From contig NC_086108.1 of assembly GCF_963921235.1 (NCBI RefSeq), positions 109,804,001 through 109,868,000 of the forward strand: a stretch of DNA of 64,000 nt. Direction: 5' to 3'. This document shows positions 1-13,656 of this stretch, one piece after another. Under the pieces are notes generated by a model. It worked only from the letters and a program-made list of their open reading frames with translations. It ran no database searches and was not told where the DNA came from. This DNA comes from Mobula hypostoma (Eukaryota). Position 1 is the stretch's first letter. Each line of letters begins with the position of its first letter. The translations under genes were made by a program, and so were the position numbers.

Positions 1-1178
1 TGATCCACGGCTGAAGGTCATCGGCAAGGTCTTCATGGTCAGCTGGACTCCAGAGGGAGGCAGGGACCTGGAAGCAGACAGAAGACTAGTCAGTGGCACC
101 GCAGCAAGCCCCAGACCTTCACTGCAGTGCACCACAGAACTCATCGGCTCTTCATAGCTGTGCTGACCATGGTGCCAAATTAAACCAAGCCAATCTCACT
201 GTAGTTGAGCGTTGGACTCTGGGAAGAGTCGTTGGGAATGTGGAGGGAATGAGATGGGATGAGTGTAATGGGGCAGCTTCATAGTCAGCACCGAATCAAT
301 GGGCCAAATGGCCTCGTCTCCTGTTGTATGACTCTTGGCAAACAGGGATTTGTCAATTAAATTCAAGATTCAAGATCGTTTAATGTCAATTCCGGTACAC
401 AAGTGTAAAGGAGAACAAAATAATTGTTACTCCAGATCCAATACAGCGCAAAAAACTGTTTGGAGAAAGTTATTGGCTTTGAGTCTGGTGGTCCCGGCCT
501 GGATGCACTGTAACCTTCTCCCTGATGGGAGTGGGGCAAACAGTCCATGAGCGGGTAGTGGGTGGGATCCCTCATGATGTCACTGGCCCATTTTTGACAA
601 CTTTCTGCTTATTGTTTTTGATGGAGTGGGGCATCACCCACAAGATGAAGAATTCTTTGCTCCTCTTTCCCCCTACCCCCACCCCCCATAGCTGGCAACA
701 GAACAGAAACTGGATTCCTAGTCTTTGAGACATCAAGGACCTAGAAGAGACAGCAAATACAGCTTATAGGTCAGGGAATGTACAGAGACACACACACACA
801 CGCACAAATATGCACATGCTCTCACAGACACACAAACACTTGTGCACTACATCTGTCTTTCTCAAACACACGCACACACACACATAAAAGTACACATTTG
901 CACACATAAGCACACACACGTGGATACTCAAACACACACAAATAATTTGCACTGTACTGCTGCTGTAAAACAACAAGTTTCATTTCATCTAAGTTGGAGA
1001 TAATAAATCAGTTTCTGGTTCTGACAAGCACACACACTCACAAAGTCCCAGACACCAGTTGTTAGAGTCAGGGATGAGAGCCCCGGAATTCTTGGGTCAG
1101 AGTAAGGTCTGATTCCTCAGCTCATCAATAAAGACCACCTACTAGTCGTCTGCTATGGCACTGTAGAGAAGGATCCTT

Positions 1179-1540
1179 AAGATACAAAAACACAACACTC
1201 CACTGCAGGGCTACACTGTCTGAGATACCGTCTGCACTGTCTGAGGTACCGTCTGCACTGTCTGAGGTACCGTCTGCACTGTCTGAGATACCGTCTGCAC
1301 TGTCTGAGGTCCTGTCTGCACTGTCTGAGGTACCGTGTGACCAATACAACAACAAACTGAGTTTCATCTCTCCCTCCATCCAATGGAAAAGATACAAAAA
1401 CACAACACTCCACTGCAGGGCTGAAATATGTCTGCACTGACTGAGGTACTGTCTGCACTGTCTGGAGTCCTGTCTGCACTCTCTGAGGTACTGTCTGCAC
1501 TCTCTGAGGTACTGTCTGCACTGTATGGGGTCCTGTCTGA
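1179..1540. repeat. Compound minisatellite: 21-bp units (ctgcactgtctgaggtaccgt) within a ~210-bp higher-order unit
   Basis: aagatacaaaaacacaacactccactgcagggct at 1179 and 1389; a further partial unit at ~2242-2315. Confidence 0.9.
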
Positions 1541-2235
1541 ACATAGAACATAGAATAGTACAGCACAGTACAGGCCCTTCGGCCCACAATGTTGTGCCGA
1601 CCCTCAAACCCTGCCTCCCATATAAGCCCCCACCTTAAATTCCTCCATATACCTGTCTAGTAGTCTCTTAAATTTCACTAGTGTATCTGCCTCCACCACT
1701 GACTCAGGCAGTGTATTCCACGCACCAACCACTCTCCGAGTAAAAAACCTTCCTCTAATATCCCCCTTGAACTTCCCACCCCTTACCTTAAAGCCATGTC
1801 CTCGTATTGAGCAGTGGTGCCCTGGGGAAGAGGCACTGGCTATCCACTCTATCTATTCCTCTTATTATCTTGTACACCTCTATCATGTCTCCTCTCATCC
1901 TCCTCTCCAAAGAGTAAAGCCCTAGCTCCCTTAATCTCTGATCATAATGCATACTCTCTAAACCAGGCAGCATCCTGGTATATCTCCTCTGTACCCTTTC
2001 CAATGCTTCCACATCCTTCCTATAGTGAGGTGACCAGAACTGGACACAGTATTCCAAGTGTGGCCTAACCAGAGTTTATACAGCTGCATCATTACATCGT
2101 GACTCTTAAACTCTATCCCTCGACTTATGAAAGCTAACACCCCATAAGCTTTCTCAACTACCCTATCTACCTGTGAGGAAACTTTCAGGAATCTGTGGAC
2201 ATGTACCCCGAGATCTCTCTGCTCCTCCTCCTTCT
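1540..2235 (-). mobile_element. CR1 3' fragment with short repeated tail (acataga)
   Basis: EYCVQFWSPHYRKDVEALERVQRR. Confidence 0.9.
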
Positions 2236-3761
2236 CCTGTTTGCACTGTCTGAGGGTACCGTGTGACTAATACAACAGCAAACTGAGTTTCATCACTCCC
2301 TCTATCCAATGGAAAGGATTTGAGTGAACCACTCTGAAGCAAAGTGGCCACATCCCCTCATCTTCAATTCCCCAGCCTAACCTTAACCCTTAATCTGCTG
2401 AACTAAAAACACGTCAGCATGCATTACAGTGCCGCAAACAGTACCAACATGGCGTGCCCACAATCCCATAACCCTAATATGTACTGTACACCCTTGGGAT
2501 GTGGGAGGACACTGGAACACCCAGAGAAAACCTACATGGTCACAGAGAGAATGTAGAAACACCTTTTACAGAGAGAGGCAGGAACTGAAATCCTGATCTT
2601 ACAGCCAGCACTGTAAAAGCCTTATGTTGCCGTGCCACCCCACCATGCTATAAGGAATTCCCATTATCCTCAGCCAACATAAAATGTGTCCCTTTTTTTT
2701 TGGCTTTTCTGATATTCTATATGAGCCTGCAGTCTTGTATGTGTGCAGACTGGGACTCAAACCACAGACAGGGGGTGGTGCACTCTTCCGGGGGTGTTGT
2801 GGTCGACTGAAGTTTTCGATGGGCTGGGGGGAAGGGACTTGATTACATACAAGTGTACCTTGTGCGTTTGTAATAGTCCATATGGGCTTGTAGTCCTGTA
2901 CGTGCGCGGACTGGGCCTCAAGCCGCGGCCTGCGAGGGCCGCGTGGACGGTGGAGCACGGTGTCCAGGCTGGAGGAGACCAGCTCTATTGGAGTCGGTTG
3001 TGGATTGGTGGTGCAAGTTATTTGACTCTTTTATTGTGTGATTGTGATACTGTTTGTACTTATGTGTGCTTTGTGCTGTGTGTGACTGTTCATATTACGT
3101 GTTGCACTTACACCCTGGAGTAATACTGTCTCATTTGGCTGTATTCATGAGTATTTATGTATGGTTGAAATGACAGTTAAACTTGAATTGAACTGAATTC
3201 TTGTGAAGAATAATGAGTTAACTGCCCTCAGCCACAGCACACCAGCATGTGATTCTCAGTGACGTCGTAAGCTCCTTGTACAATACAGCTCATGGTATCT
3301 ATAAGTTCAATCAATTAACAAATAGTGTAAATCTCTGGTGTAATTTATGCTTCCATTGTTATCATAATTCCCCATCATTTACAGCAATTTGCTGTGGTAC
3401 TGATCACAAGTGAAATCGAACTGATATGATCGGGAATATTTGTCAAGGGTAGTTAGTCACAGAAAATTTAGCCCACTGTGCCTGAGTCAGTGTTCACTCA
3501 CCAATGTTTTGCTAACTCTAATCTTGGCTTCCCCATCTTTAACATGTTTCTTTTTCTTTTATCAAATTCCCCCTTAAATGTTGCCTCGGCTCCTGCAGTT
3601 ATTGTGGGAATTCATGCCGGACTGAAATGACCCTGCAATGATTGAGTTCATCCCTGCGCAGCCAATTCGGCAAGAGTGCACTCAGTACCGTCACCAATCT
3701 ACAGCAGACTGCTCGAACCAGTCAGGGATCTGGGGTCCGTACTGCACAGCACAGTATAGAC

Positions 3762-3840
3762 CAGGGGTTCCCAACCTTTTTATACCATGGGCCCTTACCA
3801 CTAACTAAGAGGTCTGTCAACTCCAGGTTGGGAACCCCAG
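3762..3840. mobile_element. Short hAT-like MITE (related copies at ~41287-41352 and ~50648-50728)
   Basis: TIR caggggttcccaacc / ggttgggaaccccag. Confidence 0.7.
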
Positions 3841-4529
3841 CCCATTCAGCCCACAATGATGTGCTAACCATTAAAGATCAATCTAACCCTCTCCTCCCAA
3901 ACAAGCCTGCACTTTTCAATTATCCATGTGCCCATCTGAGTCTCTAAAATGTCCCTCATGTATCTGCCTCTACCACCATCCCTGGCTCTACACATCCACC
4001 ATTCACTCTGCACACCATAAGAACATAAGATATAAGAGCAGAATTAGGCCATTTGGCCCATCAGGTCTGCTCCACCATTTCGTCATGGCTGATCCATTTT
4101 CCTCTCTCCATTGCCCTGACCAATCCAGAATATATCAACGTCTGCCTTAAATATATGTAAAGACTTGGACTCCACAGCTACCTGTGGCAATGAATTCCAT
4201 AGATTCACCACTCTCTGGCTAAAGAAATTCCTCTTCACTTCTGTTCTAAAAAGATGCCCCTCTAATCTGAGGCTGTGCCCTCTGGTCTTACATTCCTACA
4301 GTTCCAATTACAATTCCATACCAGCTAATTTAATTCTAAGCAGGGGTGGACAAAGCAGAAGCTGGGGTGAGAGTTTCACAAAGTGCAGATGAATAAATGC
4401 TTTGCTCTGTAATTAACAAAGTCCACAAAAAATCTTTTTGTTAAAAATGACATGGCTCAAAGGCACCAACAAGCTTCCCCGTCCTGTGTTTGTGGCATTA
4501 ACATCAGTACTTTAATGACCTTACTTCAG

Positions 4530-5872
4530 TTGTTGCTGAGTTGTTGGAGAAGATCCTGAGAAGCAGGATTTATGAACATTTGGAGAGGCATAATATGATT
4601 ACGAACAGTCAGCATGGCTTTGTCAAAGGCAGGTCGTGCCTTATGAGCCTGATTGAATTTTCTGAGGATGTGACTAAGCACATTGATGAAGGTAGAGCCG
4701 TAGATGTAGTGTATATGGATTTTAGCAAGGCATTTGATGAGGTACCCCATGCAAGGCTTATTGAGAAAGTAAGGAGGCATGGGATCCAAGGGGACATTGC
4801 TTTGTGGATCCAGAACTGGCTTGCCCACAGAGGCAAAGAGTGGTCATATTCTGCATGGAGGTCGGTGACCAGTGGTGTGCCTCAGGGATCTGTTCTGGGA
4901 CCCCTACTCTTCGTGATTTTTATAAATGACCTGGATGAAGAAGTGGAGGGATGGGTTAGTAAATTTGCTGATGACACAAAGGTTGGGAGTGTTGTGGATA
5001 GTGTGGAGGACTGTCAGAGGTTATAGCGGGACATTGACAGAATGCAAAACTGGACTAAGAAGTGGTAGATGGAGTTCTACCCAGATAAGTGCGAGGTGGT
5101 TCATTTTGGTTAGGTCAAATATGATGGCAAAATACAGTATTAATGGTAAGACTCTTATCAGTGTGGGGGACCAGAGGGATTGGGGTCCGAGTCCATAGGA
5201 CACTCAAAGCTGCTACGCAGGTTGACTCTGTGGTTAAGAAAACACACAGTGCATTGGCCAATCATGGGATTGAGTTTAGGAGCCGAGAAGTAATGTTGCA
5301 GCTATATAGGACCCTGGTCAGACCCCACTTGGAGTACTGTGCTCAGTTCTGATTGCCTCACTACAGGAAGGATGTGGAAACCATAGCAAGGGTGCAGAGG
5401 AGACTTACAAGGATGTTGCCTGGATTGGGGAGCATGCCTTATGAGAAGAGGTTGAGTGAAGTCAGCCTTTTGTCCTTGGAGCGACGGAGGATGAGAGGTA
5501 ACCTGATAGAGGTGTATAAGATGATGAGAGGCATTGATTGTGTGGATAGTCGGAGGCTTTTTCCCAGGGCTAAATGGTTAGCACAAGAGGGCACAGTTTT
5601 AAGGTGCTTGGAAGTAGGTACAGAGGAGATGTCAGGGGTAAGTTTTTTTACGCATAGAGTGGTGAGTGTGTGGAACGGACTGCTGGCGACAGTGGTGGAG
5701 GCGGATACGATAGGGTCTTTTAAGAGACTCCTGGACAGGTAGGTACATGGAGTTCAGAAACATAGAGGGCTATGGGTAACCCGAGGTAATTTCTAAGGTA
5801 AGGACATTTTCGGCACAGCTTTGTGGGCCGAAGAGCCTGTACTGTGCTGTAGGTTTTCTACGTTGCTATGTA
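4530..5872 (+). mobile_element. 5'-truncated CR1 LINE (RT and 3' UTR)
   Basis: [45 protein letters not shown]. Confidence 0.92.
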
Positions 5873-6124
5873 ACCTTTTCAGAATGAGATTCCTCTAACA
5901 GGACCTCAACCTTGTCGTGGTTTAGAGGCTTGTGTGTCTCAGTGACCCCGAGAGCTGTGCGGGCTGGAGTCAGGGATTTGTACTTTGGCTCTTGGTAGGG
6001 TCACTCATGCCAAACAGGTCAAAGGGTAGAGGCCAGACTAAGAGTAGACCACCAGTCATCCAGGTTTGCTTAGGCCTAACAACCCTGACTGGTCAAACAA
6101 AATTGTTCTGGAAACATCAATCAA

Positions 6125-6655
6125 AATCATAAAACCATCAGACATACGAGCAGAATTAGGCCATTTGGCCCATCGAGTCTGGTCCACCATTTCATCATGG
6201 CTTATCCATTTTTCCTCTCAGTCCCAAGCTCCTGCCTTCTCTCCATATCTCATCATGCCCTGACCAATAAAGAATCTATCAGCCTCTGCCTTAAATATCT
6301 ATAAATACTTGCTCTCCACAGCTGCCTGTGGCAACGAATTCCACAAATTCACCACTCTCTGGCTAAAGAAATTCCTCCTCATCTCTGTTCTAATAGGACA
6401 TTCCTCAATTCTGAGTCTGTGTCTCCCACCACAGGAAACATCCTCTCCACATCCAGTATAAGAAGGCCTTTCACCATTCAATAGGTTTCAATGAGGTCAC
6501 CCCTCATTCTTCTGAATTCCAGTGAATACAGGCCCAGAGCCATCAAACACTCTTCATAAGATAAACCGTTCAAACCTGGACTCATTTGTGTGAACCTCCT
6601 TTAACCCCTCTCCAGTTTCAACATATCCTTTCTAAGATAAGGTGCACAAAACTGC
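6125..6655 (-). mobile_element. CR1 3' fragment
   Basis: RTEMRRNFFSQRVVNLWNSLP. Confidence 0.85.
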
Positions 6656-6982
6656 TCAGGGCACTTCAATGTTCATAGAGAGGCATAGGGAGAGAGAGAG
6701 AGGGAAGAAAAAGAGGAGAAAGACGAAGAGACATACAGACGGAGAGAAAGGGGGTAGACAAAGAGAGGGGGGAGACAGAGTGGGAGTGAGATAGAGGGAG
6801 AGAAGATTGGAGACAGATAGGAAGACAGAGAGAAGGAAGTCAGAGAGTGATAGGGGTGAAGACAGAGAGGGAGGAGACAGAGAGAGGGAAGAGAGAGAGA
6901 GGGAGGAAATAGAGGAGATGGAGGGGGAGGATACGGAGGAGATGGAGACGGAGACATTTACAGAGAGAGAGTGGCCTCGCAC

Positions 6983-7159
6983 CTGTGCTCTTCCCATTCA
7001 TGCACGAATCCCGGCAGGGAGCCCTTGAAGTCGGTGGCATATCGGTACACCAGGATCAGGCAGCCCTTGCAGAGGTGCACCAAGCGCTGGCAGCATTGCA
7101 GCTCCTGGGGCGTGATGCCTTCCACATTCCTGTTGAACATCGTTTCCCAAGAACTCCGT
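6983..7159 (-). CDS. TTLL7: TTLL7 penultimate-type coding exon (177 nt, phase 2-2): RSSWETMFNRNVEGITPQELQCCQRLVHLCKGCLILVYRYATDFKGSLPGFVHEWEEH
   Basis: Acceptor tttcttttctccactgtAG and donor AG/GTGCGA; phase matches the 34151 donor. Resembles recalled human SSWESIFNKSPEVVTPLQLQCCQRLVELCKQCLLVVYKYATDKRGSL. Confidence 0.95.
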
Positions 7160-7684
7160 CTACAGTGGAGAAAAGAAACACTGCCTCAGTATTAATTATC
7201 CTTTCCCATTCCAAGCAAGGCCCAATACTTGGGGCAGCAGAGTGGCATGATTGTGAGTGTCTAGTAACCATTGTAGATCCTGGCCTCAGGTATCCTGACT
7301 GCTTGCATCACGGTCTGCTATGGCAATTTGAATGTACAGGATCCTAAGCGGCTATAGAGAGTGGTGAACTCTTCCCAATACATCAGGAGCACATCCCTAA
7401 GGAGGCACTGCCTCAGAAAAGTAACACACATCATCGAAACCCCCAGCATCCAGGCTATGTCATCTTCTCACAGCTACTAACAGGCGGGCAGTAGAGAAGC
7501 CTGAAGTTCCACACCACCAGATTCGAGAACAGCTACTTCCCTTCAACCAACCAGCACAACCCTATCACTACCTCACTACGGCAACATCATGGCCACTTCA
7601 ACCACTTTGCACTGAAATTTATGTATTTTTGTTTAATTATGTTCTTTCTTGTAAAAAACTGTGGCTAATTTATGTTTAACTTTG

Positions 7685-8480
7685 TACAGCGCAGTACAGG
7701 CCCTTAAGCCCATGATATTGTGCAGCTCTTTTAACCTATTCTAAAATCAATCTAACCTTCCCTCTTACATAGCCTTTTCTATTTTTTATTTTTCTATCAT
7801 CCATGTTCCTATCAAAGAGTTTCTTAAATTCCCCTAATAAATCTGCCTCTCCCTATCCCTGACATCCCACTGTTCTTCCCACCAATCACCTTAAAATTAT
7901 GTCCCCTCATATTAGGCATTTGCTCCCTGGGAGAAAGTCTCTGGCTGTGCCTTTTATAATCTTGTACACTTCAATCAAGTCACCTCTCATTCTCCTTCAC
8001 TCCAAAGAAAAAAGCCTGAGCTCACTCAACCTATCCTCATAAGACATGCTCTCCAATCCAAACAGCATCCTGGTAAATCTCCTCTGCACCCTTTCTAAAG
8101 CTTCCACATCCCTCCTATAATGAGATGACCAGAATTGGACACAATATTCCAAATGTGGTCCAGCCAGGGTTTTACAGAGATGAAACATTACCTCATGGCT
8201 CTTGAACTCAATCCTCTGACAAATGAAGTTCAACACACCATACGCCTTCTTAATCACCCTATCAGCTTGTGGATCCCTAGAGCCCTCAGTTCCTCCACAC
8301 GGTAATAATCCCTCATTGACCCTACACTCTATCTTCGAGTTCAGCCTTCCAGAGGCCAAATTACTTCACACTTTTTGGGTCTGGACTCTGCCACGTCTCA
8401 GCTCAACTTTGTATCCTATGAATATCCCATTATAACCAAAGACAACCTTCTACACTGTCCACACCAACACCAACCTTCAT
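7685..8480 (-). mobile_element. CR1 3' fragment
   Basis: PHLEYCVQFWS...ALERVQRRFTRM. Confidence 0.85.
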
Positions 8481-8999
8481 GCCATGTACACTATTGACAC
8501 CAATCTGACACAAATACATTTTATTCTCCCTATCAACTCCCCCAGATTCAGATTCATTTATTTGTCGCATGTACATCAAAACATGCAGTGAAAGTTTTTT
8601 TGTGATAACAGCCAACACACTTAAAGATATGCTGGGGACAGCCAGCAAGTGTCGCAGTACTCGGGGTCAAAATCATAGAATTCCCTTCCTAACGTCACTG
8701 TGGGTGAACCTACACCTCAGGGACTGCAGCGGTTCAAGAAGGCAGCTCATCACCACCTTCTCAAGGGCAATCAGGGATGGGCAATAAATGCTGGCTTAGC
8801 TGGCAATGTCCACATCCCATAAATGAATAAATAAAAAAAACATTCTGACACCAACATAGCATGCCCCCCCTCCCATGTTCAGCAGAACTACACAAGCAAC
8901 AACAATGACAGCAAAACAAGCCTACAACAGCAAAGCAATCCTTCTCCCACCTACACACACAGAAAGGACTCCAGCTCCAGGACAGGCTACATTTTGGAG

Positions 9000-11900
9000 G
9001 GGGAGGGGGAGCAGCCAGATGTCTTGGTACCGTTACGTGTCCACGGTTTCGTTTTCCTGGGAGTCCGTAGTTTCGTTTACTGTGGGTGTCATGTGTCCCC
9101 AGTTTTGTTTTACTTTAAGTCCACAGTTCCGTTTCTGTAAGCATTACCTTATGACGTATGCCGACGGTATAAAAGAAACGTGGGTATAGTGCTGAGAAGG
9201 AGTCGAAGGAAAGAGAGAGAGAGTGAAGATCGCAAGCTTTGAGCTATCCAGGAACAGCTCGCAATCGAGAAGGTTAAAGTCTAATGCTTACCCAAACCCA
9301 AAGGATTGGGTTAATCAGCGGCACACTGTGCATTGTGAAGACGTGTCTGTCCTTCGTATGATCCATGGGTGTGGATTTCATGACAATCACTTTGTGAACT
9401 CACTCTTCGTGAACTTCGGAACAGTATTCCTCGGCTGGAATCTTCGGTAACTGTTTCTTCGTTCGCTAGCCGTGGAATCTTTGGAATTCGTCGTGATCAC
9501 CTCGTCGCTGCCTTGAGAATCCACAAGTCTCTCCTCTCACCTATTTCGTGAATTACTGGGACTCTCTGAACTGCCACTTTAAGACTGTACTTGAGTAAGA
9601 TTTGTTAAGAACGGGTTCTAAGTTTGACTGTTTGGGAGCTACAGACGCTTAACGCTGTTAACTTCTGTTTAAGAAAGTAGTTTATTTAATTTTCAATATT
9701 TTTGAGTAGATGTAAATAAATACAGTGGTTTTAATATTAAAACCCGACTCAATTTGTCATCTCTTGCTGCAGGTACGTTACGAAATCGTGACAGTACACA
9801 TTGGTACCAATGACATGAGAAGGACCTGAAGATAGAATTCAGTGAGCTAGGTAGAAAGCTGAGAAGCAGAACCTCCAGGGTAGTAATTTCTGGATTGCTA
9901 CCTGGAAACAGGATGATTTGGCAGATAAATGTGTCGCCGAGAAGCAGGTGCAGGGGGGCAGGGCTTCGGGTTTTTGGATCATTGGGATCTCTCCTGGGTG
10001 AGGTAAGATCTGTACAAAAGTGATGGGTTGCACCCGAACCTGAGGGGGACCAATATTCTTGTGGGCAGGTTTGATAGAGCTATTGCGGAGGGTTTAAACT
10101 AATTTTCTAGGGAGATGGGAGCCAGAGTGAAGGGATTCAGGATAGGACAGCTGGTAAAAAAGTAAAGACAGCATAGAGTCAGACTGTCAGGAAGGGTAGG
10201 TAGATGATAGGATAAAATTGCAGCCAGCAGAGTGAGTATCAGTACATTAGGGATGCAAAATCAAAAAGGATAGCAAATATAGTACTCAAAGTATTATATC
10301 TCAATGCTCAGAGGATTAGAAATAAAAACCTACAGAAAACAGCTAAAAGAATCATTAGGAGGGAAAAGATGAATTATGAAAGCAAGCTAGCAAACTATAT
10401 CAAAATGGATAGTGAAAGCTTTTTCAAATATAAAAAATAAAAAAGAAATGAGAGTGGATTAGGACCACTAGAAAATGAAACAGGAGAAATAATAACGGGG
10501 GCCAAGGAGATGGCAAATGAACTAAATGAGTATTTTGCATCAGTCTTCACTGTGGAAGACACTAGCAGTGTGCCAGATGTTGAAGGGTGTGAGGGAAGAG
10601 CAATCAGTATGAGTGCAGTTGCTATTACAAGGGAGAAGGTGCTCAAAAAGTTGAAGGCTGCACAAGTCACCCAAACCAGATGAACTGCGCCGCAGGGTTC
10701 TGAAAGAGGTAATGTTAGAGATTGTGGCAGCATTAGAAATGATCTTTCAAAATTCATTGGACTCTGGCATGGTTCCAGAGGACTGAAAAATTGCAAATGT
10801 CGCCCCACTCTTTAAGAAGGAGGCAGGAAGCAGAAAGGAAATGATGGACCAGTTATCCTGACCTCAGGGGTTGGGAAAATGTTGGAATTAATTGTTAAGG
10901 ATGAGGTTATGGAGTATTAGGCAACAAAGGACAAGAAAGGACATAGTTGGCATGGTTTCCTTAAGGAAAGACTTCGCCTGACGAACCTGTTGGAATTCTT
11001 TGAGGAGATTACAAGTAGGATAGATAAAGGGGATGCAGTGGATGTTGTATATTTGGACTTTCAGAAGGCCTTTGACAAGGTGCCACACATGAGGCTGCTT
11101 ACCAAGCTAAGAGCCCACGGTATTACAGGAAAGTTATTGGCATGGTTAGAGCATTTGCTGATTGGTAAGAGACAGCGAGTGGGAATAAAAGGATCCTTTT
11201 CTGGTTGGCTGCCAGTGACTCGTGGTGTTCCGCAGGGGTCAGTGTTGTGACCATTTGCTTTTATGCTGTATATCAATGACTTAAATGATGGAATAGATGG
11301 CTTTGTTGCCAAGTTTGCAGATGATACGAAGATTGGTGGAAGGGCAGATACTGCTGAGAAAACAGGTAGGTTGCAGAAGGACTTAAACAGATTTAACAGG
11401 AGAATGGGCAAGAAAGTGGCAAATGAAATACAATGTTGAAAAACACATGGTCATGTACTCTGATAGTAGAAATAAATGTGCAGACTATTTTCTAAACAGG
11501 GAGAAAATCCAAAAATCTGAGATTCAAAGGGCCTTGGGAGCCCTTGTGCAGAACACCCTAAAGGTTAACTTGCAGGTATACTTGGTGGTGAGGAAGGCAA
11601 ATGCAATGTTAGCATTCATTTCAAGAGATCTAGAATATAAGAGCATAGGTGTGATGCTGAGGCTTTATAAGGCACTGGTGAGGCCTCACCTTGAGTATTG
11701 TGAACAGTCTTGGACTTTTTATTTAAGAAAAGATGTGTCAGCAATAGAAAGGGTTCAGAGGAGGTGCAGAAGGATGATTCCTTCAATAAAACGGTTATCA
11801 TATGAGGATCGTTTGATGGCTCTGGGCCTGTACTCACTGGAATTTAGAAGGATGGGGGGGGCGGGGGGGGGTTCTCTTTGAAGCCTTTTGAATGTTGAAA

Positions 11901-12280
11901 GACCTAGACAGAATAGAAATGGAAAGGATGTTTCCCATGGAGAGAGAGTCTAGGTCAAGAAGAAACAGCTTCAGGATAGAGGAGTGTTCATTTCAAACAG
12001 AGATGTGGAGAAATTTCTTTAGCCAGAGGGTGGTGAATTTGTAAAATTTGTTATCACAGGCAGCTGTGGAGGCCAGATTGTTGAGTATATTTAATGCGGA
12101 GATTGATAGGTTCTTGAGTCTAGGCTGTTGGGTGTATTTAAGGCAGAGATTGACAGGTTCTTGATTGGCCAAGGCATCAAAGGTCAAGGGGAGAAGGCCA
12201 GGGAATGGGGCTGAGGTGGGGAAAACAGGATCAGCCATGATTGAATGGCAGAGCAGACTCAATTGGCCAAATAGCCTAAT
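9000..12280 (+). mobile_element. Decayed, internally deleted CR1 LINE (esterase remnant plus RT), interrupted by a solo LTR
   Basis: [37 protein letters not shown]1-like sequence at 9000-9030 and 9794-10100. Confidence 0.9.
9031..9793 (+). mobile_element. Solo LTR (4-bp TSD, Gypsy-like)
   Basis: Termini CGTTACG...CGTGACA form an imperfect inverted repeat. TSD gtac at 9027-9030 and 9794-9797 splits a contiguous CR1 ORF1 sequence. TATAAAA at ~9168 and AATAAA at ~9715. Confidence 0.75.
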
Positions 12281-12469
12281 TCACTCCATACAGACAGAAG
12301 CCGAATTCAGGATTGAACCCAGCTCACTGATGCTAAGAGACAGAGCTGCCTAGTGGCTTGGTGTACAGGAATTAGGAGCTGAAGAAAGCTGTGGTTATCT
12401 GTGTCTTTCTTTTCCAAGTGCATTCAATAAACTGAGGTGAAATTCACTGGCTGGTCTGGCAAGACTTGA

Positions 12470-13103
12470 ACTCATGCCTGAGGATTACTGAGAAGTTTGC
12501 ACGAACTTGGTTTGTCATCTAAATCTTCGGCAAACTTCTATCGTTGCGCAGTGGAGAGTATCCTGACTAGTTGCATCACGGCCTGGTGTGGAAACATCAA
12601 TGCCCAAGTACGGAAATGCCTACAAACTATAGTGGATAAGTCTAAAGAAAGTGGTGGATACAGCCCTCCCCACCATTGAGCACATTAATGAAGAACACTG
12701 CCACTGGAAAGCAGCAATCGTCATCAAGGACCCACCATCCAGGCTTCTCACCATCTCTTCTCACTGCTGCCATTGGGAAGGAGGTACAAGAGCCCACACC
12801 ACCGGGTTCAGGAACAGTTATTACCCTACAACCCTCAAGCTCCTGAACCGACGTGGATAACTTCACTCACCTCAACAATGAACTGATTCCACAACCTATG
12901 GACTCACTTTCAAGGGCTCTACATCTCATGTTCTCAGTATTGATTTACATATTTAGTTAATATTTTGTATTTACGCAGTTTGTCTTGTTTTGCACACTGC
13001 TTATTTATCAGTCTTTATAATTTTTCATTGATTCCATTGTATTTCTTTATTGTACTCTGAATGCCTACAAGAAAATGAATTTCATGGTAGTTTATGATGA
13101 TGT
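12470..13103 (+). mobile_element. Rex1/Babar 3' fragment (related pieces at ~7340-7680, 28670-29070, 40090-40600, 48090-48710)
   Basis: NFYRCAVESILTSCITAW. Confidence 0.8.
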
Positions 13104-13655
13104 ACACTCAGAGGCCACTTTATTAGGTACACTTGTACATCGGCTTGTTAATCTAACCAGCTAGTCATGTGGCAGCAATTCAATGCATAAAAGCATGTAG
13201 ACATGGTCAAGAGATTCAGTTTGCATTCAGACCAAACATCAGGATGGGGAAGAAACTTGATCTAAATGACTTTGACTGTGGAATGGTTGTTGGTGCCAGG
13301 CGGGGTGGTTTGAGGTACTCCGAAACTGCTGATCTCCTGGGATTTTCACGCACAACATCTCTAGAGTTTACAGAGAATGGTACAAAAAAAAACAAAAGGA
13401 ATCATCCAGTGAGCGGCAGTTCTATGGGCAAAAACACCTTGCTGATGAGAGAGGTGAAAGGAGAATAGAGAACCTGGTTCAATCCAATAACTCAAATAAC
13501 CTTGTTACAACAGTGGTGCGCAGAACAGCATCTCTGAATGCACAGCGTGTCAAACATTGACGTGAGTGGACTACAGCAGCAGAAAGGCACAAACATACAC
13601 TCAGTGCCCACTTTATTAGGTACAAGAGGTCCATAATTTAGTGGCCACTCAGCAT
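13104..13655 (+). mobile_element. Non-autonomous Tc1-like DNA transposon with transposase N-terminal HTH remnant (second copy ~38135-38550, minus strand)
   Basis: TIR cactcagaggccactttattaggtac versus ccataatttagtggccactcag; DLNDFDCGMVVGARRGGLRYSETADLLGFSRTT. Confidence 0.8.
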
Positions 13656-13656
13656 A

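Noticed and set aside
1125..1607. Cys/Arg/Gln-rich repetitive ORFs
   Set aside because: Translations of the 21-bp minisatellite.
6656..6997. Ser/Leu/Pro-rich and Glu/Arg-rich ORFs (also 35106-35510, 49439-50028, 764-976)
   Set aside because: Low-complexity polypurine or CA-repeat translations.
6985..7347. Plus-strand ORFs over 6971-7347 (likewise 34186-34614 and 38622-38966)
   Set aside because: Antisense shadows of TTLL7 exons running into repeats.
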